Assembly (NCBI GenBank): GCA_051294375.1
Contig: CM119264.1
Span: forward strand, 7,883,301-7,947,300
Source: Paraspadella gotoi
Taxonomy: Eukaryota; Animalia; Chaetognatha
Direction of reading: 5' to 3'
DNA length: 64,000 bases
Positions within the stretch are counted from its first letter, which is position 1. Every line of letters starts with the position of its first letter. Positions 24,977 through 37,800 of the stretch are shown here, piece by piece. Below the pieces are notes generated by a model, which worked only from the letters and a program-made list of their open reading frames with translations, ran no database searches and was not told the origin of the DNA. The position numbers and the translations under genes are program-made.

Positions 24977-26389
24977 TTAAGCCTCGGCCTCGGAGGCAGT
25001 GTTGACCTCCGCGTGCGCTTCCCCGTGCTTCTTGTGCTTCTTCTTCTCGAGGACGTCCTTGAAGTCGGGTCTCTCTTCCTCCTTGGCCAATTCGAACTTC
25101 TGCTCTGGACCGGAAGTAGCTTTGAGGCCGGAGCGGAACGCGGCCGCCTTCGCCGCCTCCTCGTTACGCTTCAACTTGATCTTGTTCTTCGTCTTGTTCA
25201 CGCGCTTCAGCTGCGGCTTAAGGCTTTTTTTCGTGTGATTGTCGATGATCGTTTGTTATTTTTTGTGACATGGTTTTGTTTAATTGAAGTTAATTTTTGT
25301 TTACAATATAGATTTGGGGGTGGGAGATAAATAAAGGAGAGAAACGTTAAAACCAGGATTGCGATTTGAAAAATTAAACGACCGCATGCAAAATATGTAG
25401 AAAGACATATCCGGCCAAGTCAGTCCCGGACCATGCAATTAAAACTAACCATGCCAATTAGGAAACTTGCCTCCAATCCTTCTCAACAGCTTTTTTTAAG
25501 ATAAGCGTTTTTGTAATAATAACATTTCCAGTTATCTCACGGAAACTGAAGCATGCACAGAAATAGAAGCCTGTACTCACAATTTTCCGGACATCTCGTT
25601 GATCTGTACGGTGAGTTCGTTGAGCTTAGATAAAAAGGTTTTCATGAGTACAGATCAATCGGAGATAACCAGTTTTCAAATATGATTCACTCGAAAGAAT
25701 ACTAATTCTTAAACCGTTATTACAACTGGTTCTACCTCAAAATCCTTTTTGATAATTTGATACTCTTTTTCCAGCTTCTTTTTCTCCGCCTCCCAGACCC
25801 TCTGATACAATTGCTTGAGCTTCTCGACCAGGTCATTTTGCGAGGCGCCATCTATGTCTAACGGCTCCACAGCCGCATCAACAGCAGCCTTTTTCTCCTC
25901 CTCTCTCTTCTGCGCCTCCAGCAGCAGATCTTGCTGCACTTTTTGAAGGATCAGAACCTTTGGGTTTAAAGAACAACTTATTGTCATTTGTCATTATTAT
26001 CTTTTACATGTGACTACTGAAGAAAGAATTTTCGGGTCATATAGTAATTAGTCTTTGCGTATTTAAGCACTGCGCCACAGACCCTTAATCAGGTATATTC
26101 ACACATCCCCCATACTTCAGCCATTGCCATTGGCTCAGTGGGGGCACGCACCATCCCAAGCGTTGCGTTCCATTTACAGTCCTAACGACTTCCCTCTGCG
26201 TTAGCAAAGCGAGACCGTCCTAGGGTAACCGTACCAGTGGCAGGCGGTGCTACTAAAGCTAAAAATAAGATGACCAATCCCAATGTGCATCACAGGTAAC
26301 CAAGCTGTTGCCATACAACTTCGTAGTTTTACCTTAAGCTTTCGCTTTTTCTCTTTGGTAAGAACGAACTTCTTATTTTTCGCCACCAT
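24977..26389 (-). CDS. TNNI: Troponin I, paralogue 2 (4 coding exons)
   Basis: MVAKNKKFVLTKEKKRKLK|VLILQKVQQDL...KKDFE|LNELTVQINEMSGKF|LKPQLKRV...RPDFKDVLEKK...EAEA*. Confidence 0.92.
26092..26315 (-). repeat. Family A element, copy 3 (troponin I paralogue 2 intron 1, sense)
   Basis: Minus strand: tatggcaacagc...ggttaccctaggacggtctcgctttgctaacgcagagggaagtc...gtgtgaatatacc. Confidence 0.88.
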
Positions 26390-27304
26390 CGCGTATTTTG
26401 AAAGAGCTGTAAAAATTTCAAAGCTTGCTTCAAAACAATCAAAGTGTGTTAAAAGGTTAAACTACCGAACCAACAATTAACTGATGACTACTGACCTGAT
26501 CCGGCTGTTACAGATTAGACTAAATGTAAGTTCATGCTTTCTAAAAAGTGGTTTAGTTAAAACTGACTAAAACTTTTGGCTTATTTTGGTTTTTCTTGAA
26601 TGAATACAAAAATGTAGGAGATATAACCGAAAAAAAATATTTTGAATCATCGTCATCGCATTATATTCCACGGTCTACACTTCCCAAATCCAGGTCTACA
26701 CTTTCAAAATCGCTTTTCTCTAGAATTTCGCCAAATTCATATCCCGAGTGGATCTCGATTGACAGAGAAAAGAAAGAACCTCTATTGCGAACATCATAAG
26801 AAACAATTTCGCTTACAAAGGCTGGAGATGGCGGCATGCACGTTGTTGATGTTTTTCGTTGTTGGTTGTTCGGTACAAGACACGGGATGCCTCATTCCAA
26901 GAAAAAAAATATAAAAAAATGAAAACCATTTTTCATGTGATTATCGTCGGTTTGTGCTTCAAAATATTATGTGAACATTAAAAACATTGAAAGAAAAAAC
27001 ATTAAAAACAAGCGAAGATATAAATTTGTTTTGGGTGGAGCGTCGGACTTTTTTGTTGATCCATTTAACTGTCAGAATTGCATTTGAAGAGTTTTTGATG
27101 GTATGGCAATATTTTTTTATTACTTGAAAAAAAAGATAGTCTGCTTAACATATAATTGTAGAGGATTTTATTCCTTTATAAACTAGCGGAGTAAATCAAA
27201 TACAGATCGTCGACGGAGAACGATTCATGCTGCACTCGGCGTAATGCTGCGGTTAGCGCGGCTAAGAAGGCTGCAGTCGCCGAGATGCGGCGCCGTCGCA
27301 ACTT

Positions 27305-28461
27305 CTATTCACCCTCATGCTTCAGCTCTTTGCGGAAGTCGACGCGCTCCTGCGGGAGAAAAATGGGAGGAGGAAATTCATCCAGAGTAAAAAGAGCCGA
27401 GTGAAAATATGAAAAAATGATAAAGGATGAGAAAACAAATTAAAAACAGACGGTTGACGAGCCACTTCGGCGGAGGCTCCTATCGACAAACGAACCTTCT
27501 CCTCTTCCAACTTGAATTCCTTTTTCTCCGTGGCTTTGAGAGACGTGACCGAGAAACCCGGGTCCTCCTTCTTGGCGGCCATTTTGGTGAAGCGGCTCCC
27601 GACCTTGGAGACTTTCTTCAACTGGGGCTTCATGCTGAAGGAAGAAGCCAGGAGTCCGTAATTCATCGAGTGAACGGATCAATTCTTATAGTCAGCTTTG
27701 ATAATTCTTACATCGTACATAATTTGGTGAATTTATGAGATTTTTAAAGTGTAACTGTCAAAAATCTCAGTCCTGAAGACTGTACCGAATTTGCGTCTAT
27801 TTTATCAATCACTCACAATTTGCCCTTGATGTCGTTGACTTGGACGGTGAGTTCGTTGATGTCCGAGTCCTGCTTGACCAAGCGGTATTCGAAGTCGACC
27901 GCGTAGATCAGAGTTTCCCAGACCTTCTGGTACAACTTGACGCAGACGTCCTTCAACGACGCTGCGGACGAGACCATTTATTTCTTTTATTCGTCTTTCT
28001 TTCGTTTTTCAAATAAAAAAAAATTACGACAGTTCTTTTGTTTATCTCCTCGCGGCGAAACGCGGAAAACTTACTCATGTTGAGGCCATCGACGTTTAGC
28101 GGCGCAACTTTTTGCTTGAGAAAATTCTCCTTGGCTTTTAGTTTAGCCTCCTCTTCCCGCCGGAGGTCGTCTTGGGCACGCTTGAGAATGAGCACCTGGC
28201 GGGTGGCCGCGAAAAAAAGTGTTTTTTTCCGGTTAAACAAAACGGCAACGGAGCCTTGGATGCGGCAGAAGGCAAACAATGAAAGAAACGTAGGATTCGG
28301 AGGTCGTCGCTTCTCGGGGAGACATCTGCGACGACCGGTGGAACGTGCGTTGCAAAATCCAAGTCCATTTCCGGAGGAAAAAATTCGCTCGAGGGCGGGG
28401 ACATGACGGAAGCAAGCAGGAAGACAAAGATGCAGGGACACGAATACGGAGAGAGAGAGAG

Positions 28462-28533
<72 letters not shown>

Positions 28534-28922
28534 AACGTCGGACGGTGGAATGCGTGTTCGTTAATTTAATTTCTGAAAACGCTGCAAAATCAACCATTTA
28601 CCGGGTGCAAAAATATTTCTTTCTTTGAAATTAATTATTTGAGATGTTTTTTTTTTTCGTAAATCAGATGCTGGGAATTTCTATTATCAAAAACGATAGT
28701 TCAGAGGGAGAGGGCAAGAGGTGACTGGGAATCATGCTTCATACGCAATTGACTTTAGAAAAAAAGAAATCACGATCTTCGACTAAAAAACAAAAACAAA
28801 AAAACAAAAAAAAAACAACGGCTTCATCCCGAACGGGGGACGTTGCCTTAGCCTCGACGGGTCCTTACCCTCAACTTCTTCTTCTTCTCGGGAGTCAACT
28901 TAAACTTCTTTTCCTTTCCCAT
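27305..28922 (-). CDS. TNNI: Troponin I, paralogue 3 (5 coding exons)
   Basis: MGKEKKFKLTPEKKKKLR|VLILKRAQDDL...|...KQDSDINELTVQVNDIKGKF|MKPQLKKVSK...KKEFKLEEEK|ERVDFRKELKHEGE*. Confidence 0.93.
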
Positions 28923-29739
28923 CTTCTCACGAGTTTATGGGCAGGAAAACTAAAGTTCGAAAAAAAAAGAGTCGATGAGAAATTTAGAAGTTAAAGCGAT
29001 TTACGTTGGGATCGATTCGAAATTGCTGTTAGCACTGAAGGTTTCACTCTTGGGTTGCATTGCTTGCAGGATTACTTGCAGGATTACTGTCGATTGCTGA
29101 CAGTATTGCTGATGGAAGGAATAACAAAAATGGGGGAACATGCCTTGGGTCTTTTTCCGACAGCGCCGGACCATTAATCATTTTCAGATCGAGGATTTCG
29201 TTCGAACGATTCGCACCGACCGACTCAAAATCATATCTCGTCGACCCAGTTTGCGAGAAAAGGTGATCGAATTTTATTTGACCCCTGGGTATGCAACCAG
29301 CGGCCATTTAGCATGGCCATCGGAAGAAACGGATACGACGGGTACGATTGGTAAAAGAGAACATCTTAGGATCTCGCAAAAAGTAAAGCACAGCAATGAA
29401 CGATATGAATGAAATGATTGAATTAATGAATGACGACATAACAAACACGAAACAGGGTCACTGGCTGAAACAGAAAAAAAAATGATCGTGAAGCAGTTAT
29501 ACAAAAAAAAAAAAAAGAAACATAGGAAAGAATTCTGGCCTCAAAATTCTATGGTTTCCTTTCGCCGGCGTTCAAATTGTAGTTTCATGAAATAAAAGAA
29601 AAAGTTATAAATAGAAAAAGAAAAAAAAAAAGTTAAAAAGCCGAAAGTTGAAGCGATGATCCAACCACGAGATCGGCCGATCCATGGTGATGGGGAGAGG
29701 GGGGAGAGTGGGGGGGAGCGTCAGGGTGAGAGAGAGAAG

Positions 29740-29819
<80 letters not shown>

Positions 29820-31438
29820 AGGATTGAAATTAGAAAATGTTGAAGATTCATAGGATTTGATCTGATGATTTGGGCATCGCGTCGGCTTGAAGGAAACCAG
29901 GGCGCGCCGACGTAACTGGTACAACAGAGGAAACTAGACGATAAGGTCAGATGTAGAGGAGGTTAGGCGCTGTTTGTGTCATTAACATGAAATCGGGCGT
30001 CGACATTTATGAGGCAATTTTTTAAAAATTGTTATCAAAAAACTATACTTTTTACTTTTATATTTTAATCGCCTTTTGCTTCATATATTATTCCACTTTT
30101 TTTTAAAAATTCTGCTGAAGCAACGAGGTAATCCACAGTACTAACTTAAACATAAGCAGTCAGTTAAAATTTAACAATGACGCCGGTCTATTTGGCTGTT
30201 TTGTAAATTGTTGTGGATACATAGAGGCTTCAGTAAATCACAGCCGATTAGGCCAAGAAGATAGTCAAACAGAACGAGGCGCGATCGAATGCAAGAGGGA
30301 ACAGACGAACGGACGGACGGATTGAAAAAAAAGTTGGTTGTTGAGCTAATTTCGATCGAAAATCTAAGACGATGATCAAAATTTTACGTAGAAAGTAATG
30401 TAGTTTTAAATTATGTTAATAAACGATGCAGTTGAAAAAAAAAATCCTACGAGTTGCGTAAAAAAACAATTCAATGCGCTGAGCTAAAATAAGCATGCGA
30501 AAGACCGCACACATATTTACATGCCAAGTTTGCCGGTTCGATCGGAAATATTATCATTACCAAATAAAATGTTAGTTTAACAGAAAACCATTTACTCCTA
30601 GACGTGCAAAATATATTATGGGGATTTTTTCAACGAGAATAGTACTTGAAAGACAAGATCAACTGAAAAAAACGTTTACTCAGCTTTATTTATTTTTAAG
30701 GCAATAGGGTTATTTTAATTATTTGATACGACAACGCACAATATACTGAGATATAATTTTAATTTTATGATACAATCAAACTTTTTAATGTAACCATGAT
30801 ACCATGCGGCCAATGCTGAACTCCCAAGGCAAGATTAGTCTAGGCCTATATTCATTATTCGGCCCAATGGCATTGCTCGTTAAGGCCAATACTAACCCAG
30901 ATGGGTAAAGCAATCCAGACTAATTAATAAAGCAATTTTTAAAAAAACTTACCCGAAGAAGAATTTAGATAAATATTCCTTCAGCAGGCGGGCGGACGGC
31001 GAGCTTGGAGAAGGAGCGGATGTTTCTGAAGAACTGAAGGGAGGGGGAGTTGGAGGAGGGGAAGATGCGGAGGAGGAAGAGGAGGAGGAAGAGGACGAAG
31101 TGTTGCAGTGATCAGAGGTGCAAAAGATACAGGGCCTAATAAGATTCACCACGATTCAGAAATTATTAGTAATCTATGTAAACATATGATGAATGTACTT
31201 AGTTCCATCCACAACTCCGGATTTAAAAATACTAAAATTCCACCACATCGCAAATTATTTCAGTGCTCATTAATTTCAAATCATGTAAATTATAATTCAT
31301 GCCTTTAAATATTAAAGGATTGTTGAGTCGGATATAAACCCCTGCAACGCGTTCTTCAAATCCGAGCGCGGTTGGTGGTTTTCGATGGTGGGGTGGACGC
31401 CGAGTGTGGGCGATGCAAAATGATCGAAATGCGCGTGT

Positions 31439-31508
<70 letters not shown>

Positions 31509-31868
31509 AGAGGAGAGAGGAAGAGAGAGAGAGAGAGAGAGAGAGAGAATCGTTCAGACAGCGTTACGACTCGTGCTGTAAGCCGATTGATTAAGGAAGA
31601 TTTTTTTTAACCACTGATTTAAAAGTCGCGAGGAATACAAGATAATAGTACATTTAAAAACGTTATTCCTATAGATTCTCTTAACTAGCCGTGCTGCCTC
31701 GTCATAACGGTGACAAATTAAATTCGTTAAACATTTTTTTTAAACATGTTCGTACATGTAATCAAATAATGGGCGAGGTCAAGAACGGTGAGTTGAAGGA
31801 GCGGAACAGAAAAGGGGCTCAATTTTTAGTGCTAGTTCGAAAGAGCGGGCGCTCCAATCAGTTCAACG

Positions 31869-34131
31869 CTAGATCGAATCCACCGACAAATTCTGACTCC
31901 ACTGATAAAGGTGTTCGGCCTCTTCCTCCCATTCGTCCTCCTCGTCATCGTCTTCTTCCTCGTCATCTTCCTCCACCTCTGCCGTCTCATTTTCTTCGAG
32001 ATTGTCGTCATCGACACGGGATCCTCGCCCATTTCCGGCGCCACTGGCGTTTTCCGCTTCGCTCAGGGAGCCACTCTCGGTCCCGGTGTAGAGATTGCGC
32101 AAGCGTGTCACGCGCGCTTGGTGAATCTTAGATCGCCGACCGTGCACCAAGTTATTCTTTCTAAAATACATACGCGCACAAATAGAAAATATATTAAATT
32201 GAATCTAGCATCCTGTTAACGTACCACACAATAATTTACCTCATGCTCGGCCTGACGAGGGTGCTGGGCGTCTGCGGGATCGGAGGAAAGAATCGACTGA
32301 GGATGTCGATCTGCCTCCGTTGGACTCTCTGGTCGACGGGGTTTTGCATCAGCAGCGGCAGCGCCAAATTGAGGCGTTCCGTCCGTCGTCCGTTGGTTGC
32401 CAGGTCGATCACGTCGTAGAAGATCTGAAAAAGTAAGTGGATAAATATTAAAGAAGTGAAATCAGAATAATAGAAATGTATTTACTGGAGGTGTCCTCAG
32501 TGTAAGAAATTTATTTTTGCCCGCAAAGAAACAGGAGAAAGAAAACAAAAGGGAAACAAAACAATGAAACATAAATAAAACTGGGTAGAAAAATCAATTT
32601 CCCCGAGAATGACGTTTTATGGCCCATAAAAAAAAAAGAAAAAAAAAAGAAAACATTTTGTGGAGGTAAGGAAATTAAGAGCGACAAACGTAGATTTGAC
32701 AAAAAATTTGCTTAAAATGAAAATACAAGATTCAAAGTCTTTGTTTTAACTCTCATTATTAAAGTCAGCATGAAAGTAACATTAAAAATAAAAAAAATGA
32801 AAAAATAAACGAACCCCGAAAAAAAATACCGTTCCGATACCGTGTGCCTGGGTAAGTCCTCCAAGTTTAGCTTCCGCCATCGATTGTCTTTTCCGCCGAC
32901 CCGCGCCGCCGTTTCGTCGAGGTAAGTTCGAAACTGCATGAAGTCCCTTACCGTGGCCACGTCCGCCTCGTCGGTCACGCCTCGTTGATGATACTCGCAC
33001 GAGTCGGCCAAGATCTAAAAAAAAAGTCGTTGGTTGTAGTCGTTGCTAAAGTTCCTTCCGTTTCAATTAGTTGTTGTGGTCGATTCATATTTTTATTACT
33101 ATAAGTTATGGTATAGTTATAGTATAGTTATAGTATAACATGGCAAAAATTGGACCAGTATTAGGAAGCTTCTCTCTGATTGGTCAATAAGATGAAAGGA
33201 CGAAAAAAGTCAAGATGTGCAATCTATTAGGTTAGATCCATCAACTGGTCCATTTCCTACGATGATACATATGATTGGGACGACCTGCTTGAGAAAGAGC
33301 CTGTTGCCCATGAGATTAATGGCGTCGGCAGCGGCGTCGGACGCGGCGCGAATGACGCGCTTCCCAGATAAGTAGGTCGTCGTCGGAGAGAATTTGGCGG
33401 CGTCGTTGTCGAGAAAAACCTGAGGAAAGGGTGGGACTACTCGAGAAAGAATTCAAAGTTTTTAAAGATAAGATATTTCAAATTTTAAATTATAAATAAT
33501 GATAAATTAAATAGTTTTCATCAAATAAGTAACTTTCCCGATTGAAATTCATATAGATTCGTTTTTTAACTAATACTAATAAAGTTAGTTTGTTAACTAA
33601 TAGACTTCCCCTTTCTGGTCGGGATATTAACACTTACCTTGAAGAAGATAACAGGTGGGAAGGATTCTCCGCCGAACCGGAACCTGACCTTATAAGGGAT
33701 GTTGCTTTCGCGCAAGAACTCTGCCTCTTTGGGATTAACCTTCTTTAAAATATCGAAAGACATGGAGTATTCGGCGGCGCAAATTGAGTGGACGAGCAGT
33801 TTGAACACCTGGAGGGAAGAAAGTATTAACGGCTGTTTTTTAAATACATGTTTGATTCAGGTATGCTTTTCTTTACTTTACCGACATAGAAAATAATACA
33901 ATCAATGATAGAAATATTTCCTATGATAGTATCATTGTTAAAATAAGTCCTATATCATCATAACCCATCATCATAACCGTAACACTATTGCTCTCTCACC
34001 TGCCTGTCCCTGAATCTCGCGTAAGCCCTCTCGATAATTTTCACTGCTTTTTCCTGTTTTTTTCTTAAAATTTTTGAGGATCTGGTTTCTCTAGATGTCG
34101 GCATTTCGAAATTTATTGGTTCATTCATCAT
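31869..34131 (-). CDS. CXorf58: CXorf58-like uncharacterised protein
   Basis: AVKIIERAYARFRDRQ|VFKLL...ILKKVNPKEAEFL...VRFRFGGESFPPVIFFK|...YLSGKRVI...YLDETAARVGGKDNRWRKL...EWEEEAEHLYQWSQNL. Motifs recalled from the CXorf58/C11orf65 family. Start codon tentative. Confidence 0.78.
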
Positions 34132-34857
34132 CGAAAAACATTTCTAAAATGTTTAGTTAAATATTTTAAACAAAACCCTATTTTAAATTAGTAAACTCAT
34201 TTCGATTTTTACTTTTCGTTCTTGGGTTGCTAAGGTAAGCAAGTTTCCCTCATCTTCCTCCTCCTCCTCTTCTTCTCCGCTGGATTTCGCCGTCCAAACC
34301 TTTTTCTTCCTTGGACCGAAACGAGGCCGTCGCCGCGCCGGACGCCGCGGCGGCGTCGTCCGGAGCGGCGCTCTCCTTCGCCAGCAGCGCCTATTCTTCC
34401 AATCGCTGTCACCTATTCTCGATCCAGCTGACTCTCAAACATGAGGGACATGAGGGACCCGGAAAAACTGGCGGCGAGGAAAGGGACACTTGTCCCGAGA
34501 GGACGACTGGCCACTCAGAATGCGTCTCCGCGGTTGGACCCCATGACCTTTTGTTCCTGGACACCTTTCGCTTTTAAAAAAAGTTCGATGACGTAGCGAA
34601 CAAAAGGCAAAACGATGCTTACGTGATCGGGTCACCGCGAGTGATCCGTCAGTCTTCGAAAGTCTAACTGTCACGCTCTTTTAAATTCACGAAAAATCCA
34701 AAGGAAAAAAAAAACATCCGCAAAATCGCCGCGAAACTTCAATAAATCATCTTGCTTAAACGCAATAAAACGCTTATAAAATAATTTTAAAAACAAAACT
34801 TGAACATCTTTTAACGCAAATTAGCCCCGAACGCGACTTGAAATCTTCCTGGAAACC
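34132..34857. promoter_or_regulatory. Probable bidirectional promoter / 5' UTR region
   Basis: About 725 bp between divergent ATGs; GC-rich core. Confidence 0.5.
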
Positions 34858-37800
34858 ATGAATATGCCACGACTCGAGGAGAACGAGCTACTCAAGGAAG
34901 ATCTGCTTCAAAGGATCGGGAATGCTTTGAAGGAGGTACGGTTACTGTGGAGTGGCCCATGGAGGAAGGGAAAGTAGCTATGAATAAATAGCGCAACTAA
35001 AGTAATTTCATTCGTATTTATAAATGACCAATAACCAATGAGCATTGCTCAATCTGTAAATGATTCGGCTGTGTGGAATGAGTTTAGAAATTTCTTAATT
35101 TTTTTTTTCCCAGATCCACGCGTCCATCCTCCCTCCTTCTCCCCCTTCTCCCCCCGGCTTAACTGAACCTTATGAAATCATCTTAACCACCTCGTTGCCT
35201 TGTGTCACCGACCTCTGTCAAGCCGTATATGAAACGTTGTGTCACGGATTGCGGCTCAAGAATCGGGGGATCTGGCCCCTCGCCTTGGAGATTACGCGGC
35301 GATCGGGGATCAGCGAGATCTCGGGTCTCGTTAACGTGAAGACTGACAAAGCTCGAGGTTCGCCATTGTTGATAGCATTTTTTTATAGCAGAATCTCGAA
35401 AGCCCCTTAACGTATAGTTTACATATGATTTTTACCTTAGAAGTCGGGAAAACAAATTTTTTATACCGTTGATATGTCATAAATTGTAACGTCAACATAC
35501 TAGAATAAATCAAAATCATAAATGCGTATTAATCATTTATTAATCAGCTATTTTAAATGGAACGAACATGCTTTGATTTTCCTTTTTCTTTGCGTTCTTT
35601 ACAATTTTAATTTGCCTTCTTTCTCGACCAAGATTACAACTGTTTTTCGAGGCCATTTAATCGGGCTTCACCACATATTTCGGTTTCTTTGTTAACAGGT
35701 CGCGCTTGGCTCCTTTTGGCGCTCAATGAATTTTCGCTTGAAAGTTACTTTCGCTTTTTGAGCGAAAACCCAAATGTACGCCAAAAGTTTTACAATCAAT
35801 CTTCTTTGATACGAGACGAGAACTGCCTTCAGGTTCGATCCGCTGTGGCAACTCGCTTAATACAACTATTACCTAGGAAAGATTGATCAAACTATTAATT
35901 CTTCACAGGCGCTTTTGATGCTGTTGGCAGGATTAGAATACGTACAGTTCCAAAATGCTATCGATCTCCCTTTCCTCGATCATACGTTCTCTAACCGAAA
36001 AGGTCAGTAAATAAACTTGTTAAAATTGTTTGAATATTCCCTTTATAATCTCTCTTGTTAGAAGACGCTGATCGTCATTTACCCGAAGAATTCAAATCCG
36101 ACGAGGCGACTGGATTTGTTGAAGACCCTGCCACGATTTCTATCGACTCGGTAAGTCGTCGAATTCGTAAGTGAAAACTTTTCACGAACGGAATACTAGT
36201 AAATAACAATGCTTCTATATCTCTTACTCGCCACGCCTACAGTCTTCCCGAAATTCGGACTCCTCGGGTCGACGTCACTCTAGTCTCACGGAATTCATCA
36301 ACGACGACCTCTTGACCTCCGAACATTTCAAGATCCGCGGCGACCCCGACGAACCCTTACGCACCAACCAATCGCTGCCTCCGCTGCCCCCTCTCGATCG
36401 GCCTTTGCTTGATAGCGACAAGGCGTCGTCCCGTGCCGTGCGAGGAAAGATTGTGGCGGGCGAGAGTTTTCACGACGGGCATTCAGAGACGAACGCCCCG
36501 AGCGCCGCCGCCAGCGTTTCTAGTGCTGCCGCCAGTTTCGCTGCATCCATCGACAGACACATCCTGGGCATCGTTGAAGGCTCCGTCGCATCGAACGAGG
36601 GTCTTGTCGGCGCTACAGGTGTCACTATTGACTCCACAGTTAAAAATGAAGTTAAAAGTCGCAAATCGATTCCCGCAACAATAGGCGGAAGGATCGAGCG
36701 TATCAGTAAAATCAGGTCAGATCCCGAGGAAGAGTTGGAGGTGATTTCATCGACGAGAACAAAGCGGCAGTCCAGACGGCGAGAGGGAACCGATGATCGA
36801 GAAGATGATCGCTATTCTCTATACGATCGCCCAGTCGAAGCCGGCCTCGACGCCGTCGTTTCAGATTCTCTGTCAATTGAACGACGGGCTGTCAAAGGAA
36901 ACTCCACGCAGTTGTCCCGATTAAGGCGGGAGAAATCGGCCGGAAATTCACCTCGGAGCTCCCGAGAGCCGGAAGGTCGGAATGATCGGACCAAAGCCGA
37001 AGCCTCGGACGAGGATGGCGACTCCTCGGCAGAATTGATAAAGGTTTTGGATCGCCTTAACGAGGAAGATGTAAGGGAAGAGAAGGGAATTGCATGGAAG
37101 TCCTCGCGGGGAAAGGAAAGAAAAGGGGTGACTGGGAGGGAGAGCGAGAGTTTGCGGCCGGCCTTCGTCACTGAAGTGTCCTGGGCCGAGGTCAGGGAAG
37201 ACGACGAGGAAAGAAATTGGCGACGACCGATTCCAACTCCTGCCGAAGTTTTGGGTTTTGAAGATTTAGAAAGGGAGTTTGAAAAAACCAAGTTAGACGA
37301 TCCGAGAAAACAGAGAACTGAAAAAGATATAAATGCACCGCAAAGGGCAAGCTTTGGGAGAGAAAATCAATACTGGAAAAGGGAAAAAGAAAGCATTCCA
37401 CCTATTGATAAAAAAGGAAAAAAATTAAATGTGGAAAAAGAGAAGAGAGTTGAAGGAAATTCGTCAAATTCAAAAGAATCGAACGAATTGGAATTCAAAG
37501 TTTCACACTTTTCCGAGATTAATCTTTCCAGTTCGACAGGAGGTTTTAAGGACGAAGAAAAAACCTTAGACTGTGATGAAAAATACATTCGTGATATAAA
37601 GGCCGCCTGTGATGAAATCATTCCCGAAATGCACTTCAGCCTCTTTGATCAATCGAAAAGTTCCTCAACTTCTTCTTCATCTTTGGAATTTAAACGGCTG
37701 CGTCCAGCGTTTGCTCTTGACAGCGAGGTTTCCGTTGATCTCATGGAGTCCAAGCCCTTATCTGCGATGTTGACGTCAACTGAGTCGACAAATTGGCACG

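Noticed and set aside
30184-30256. Hairpin with a miR-2-like seed (aatcacagcc)
   Set aside because: Loop of about 40 nt, and the rest of the arm does not match miR-2.
13491-34131. Five co-oriented minus-strand genes as a trans-spliced operon
   Set aside because: Spacers are about 0.9-3 kb and the TnI genes have candidate upstream cis donors; no SL evidence is visible in the DNA.
34230-34577. Short ORFs between CXorf58-like and PLEKHM2
   Set aside because: No recognisable product and interrupted by stops; more likely UTR or promoter, though an extra 5' exon cannot be excluded.
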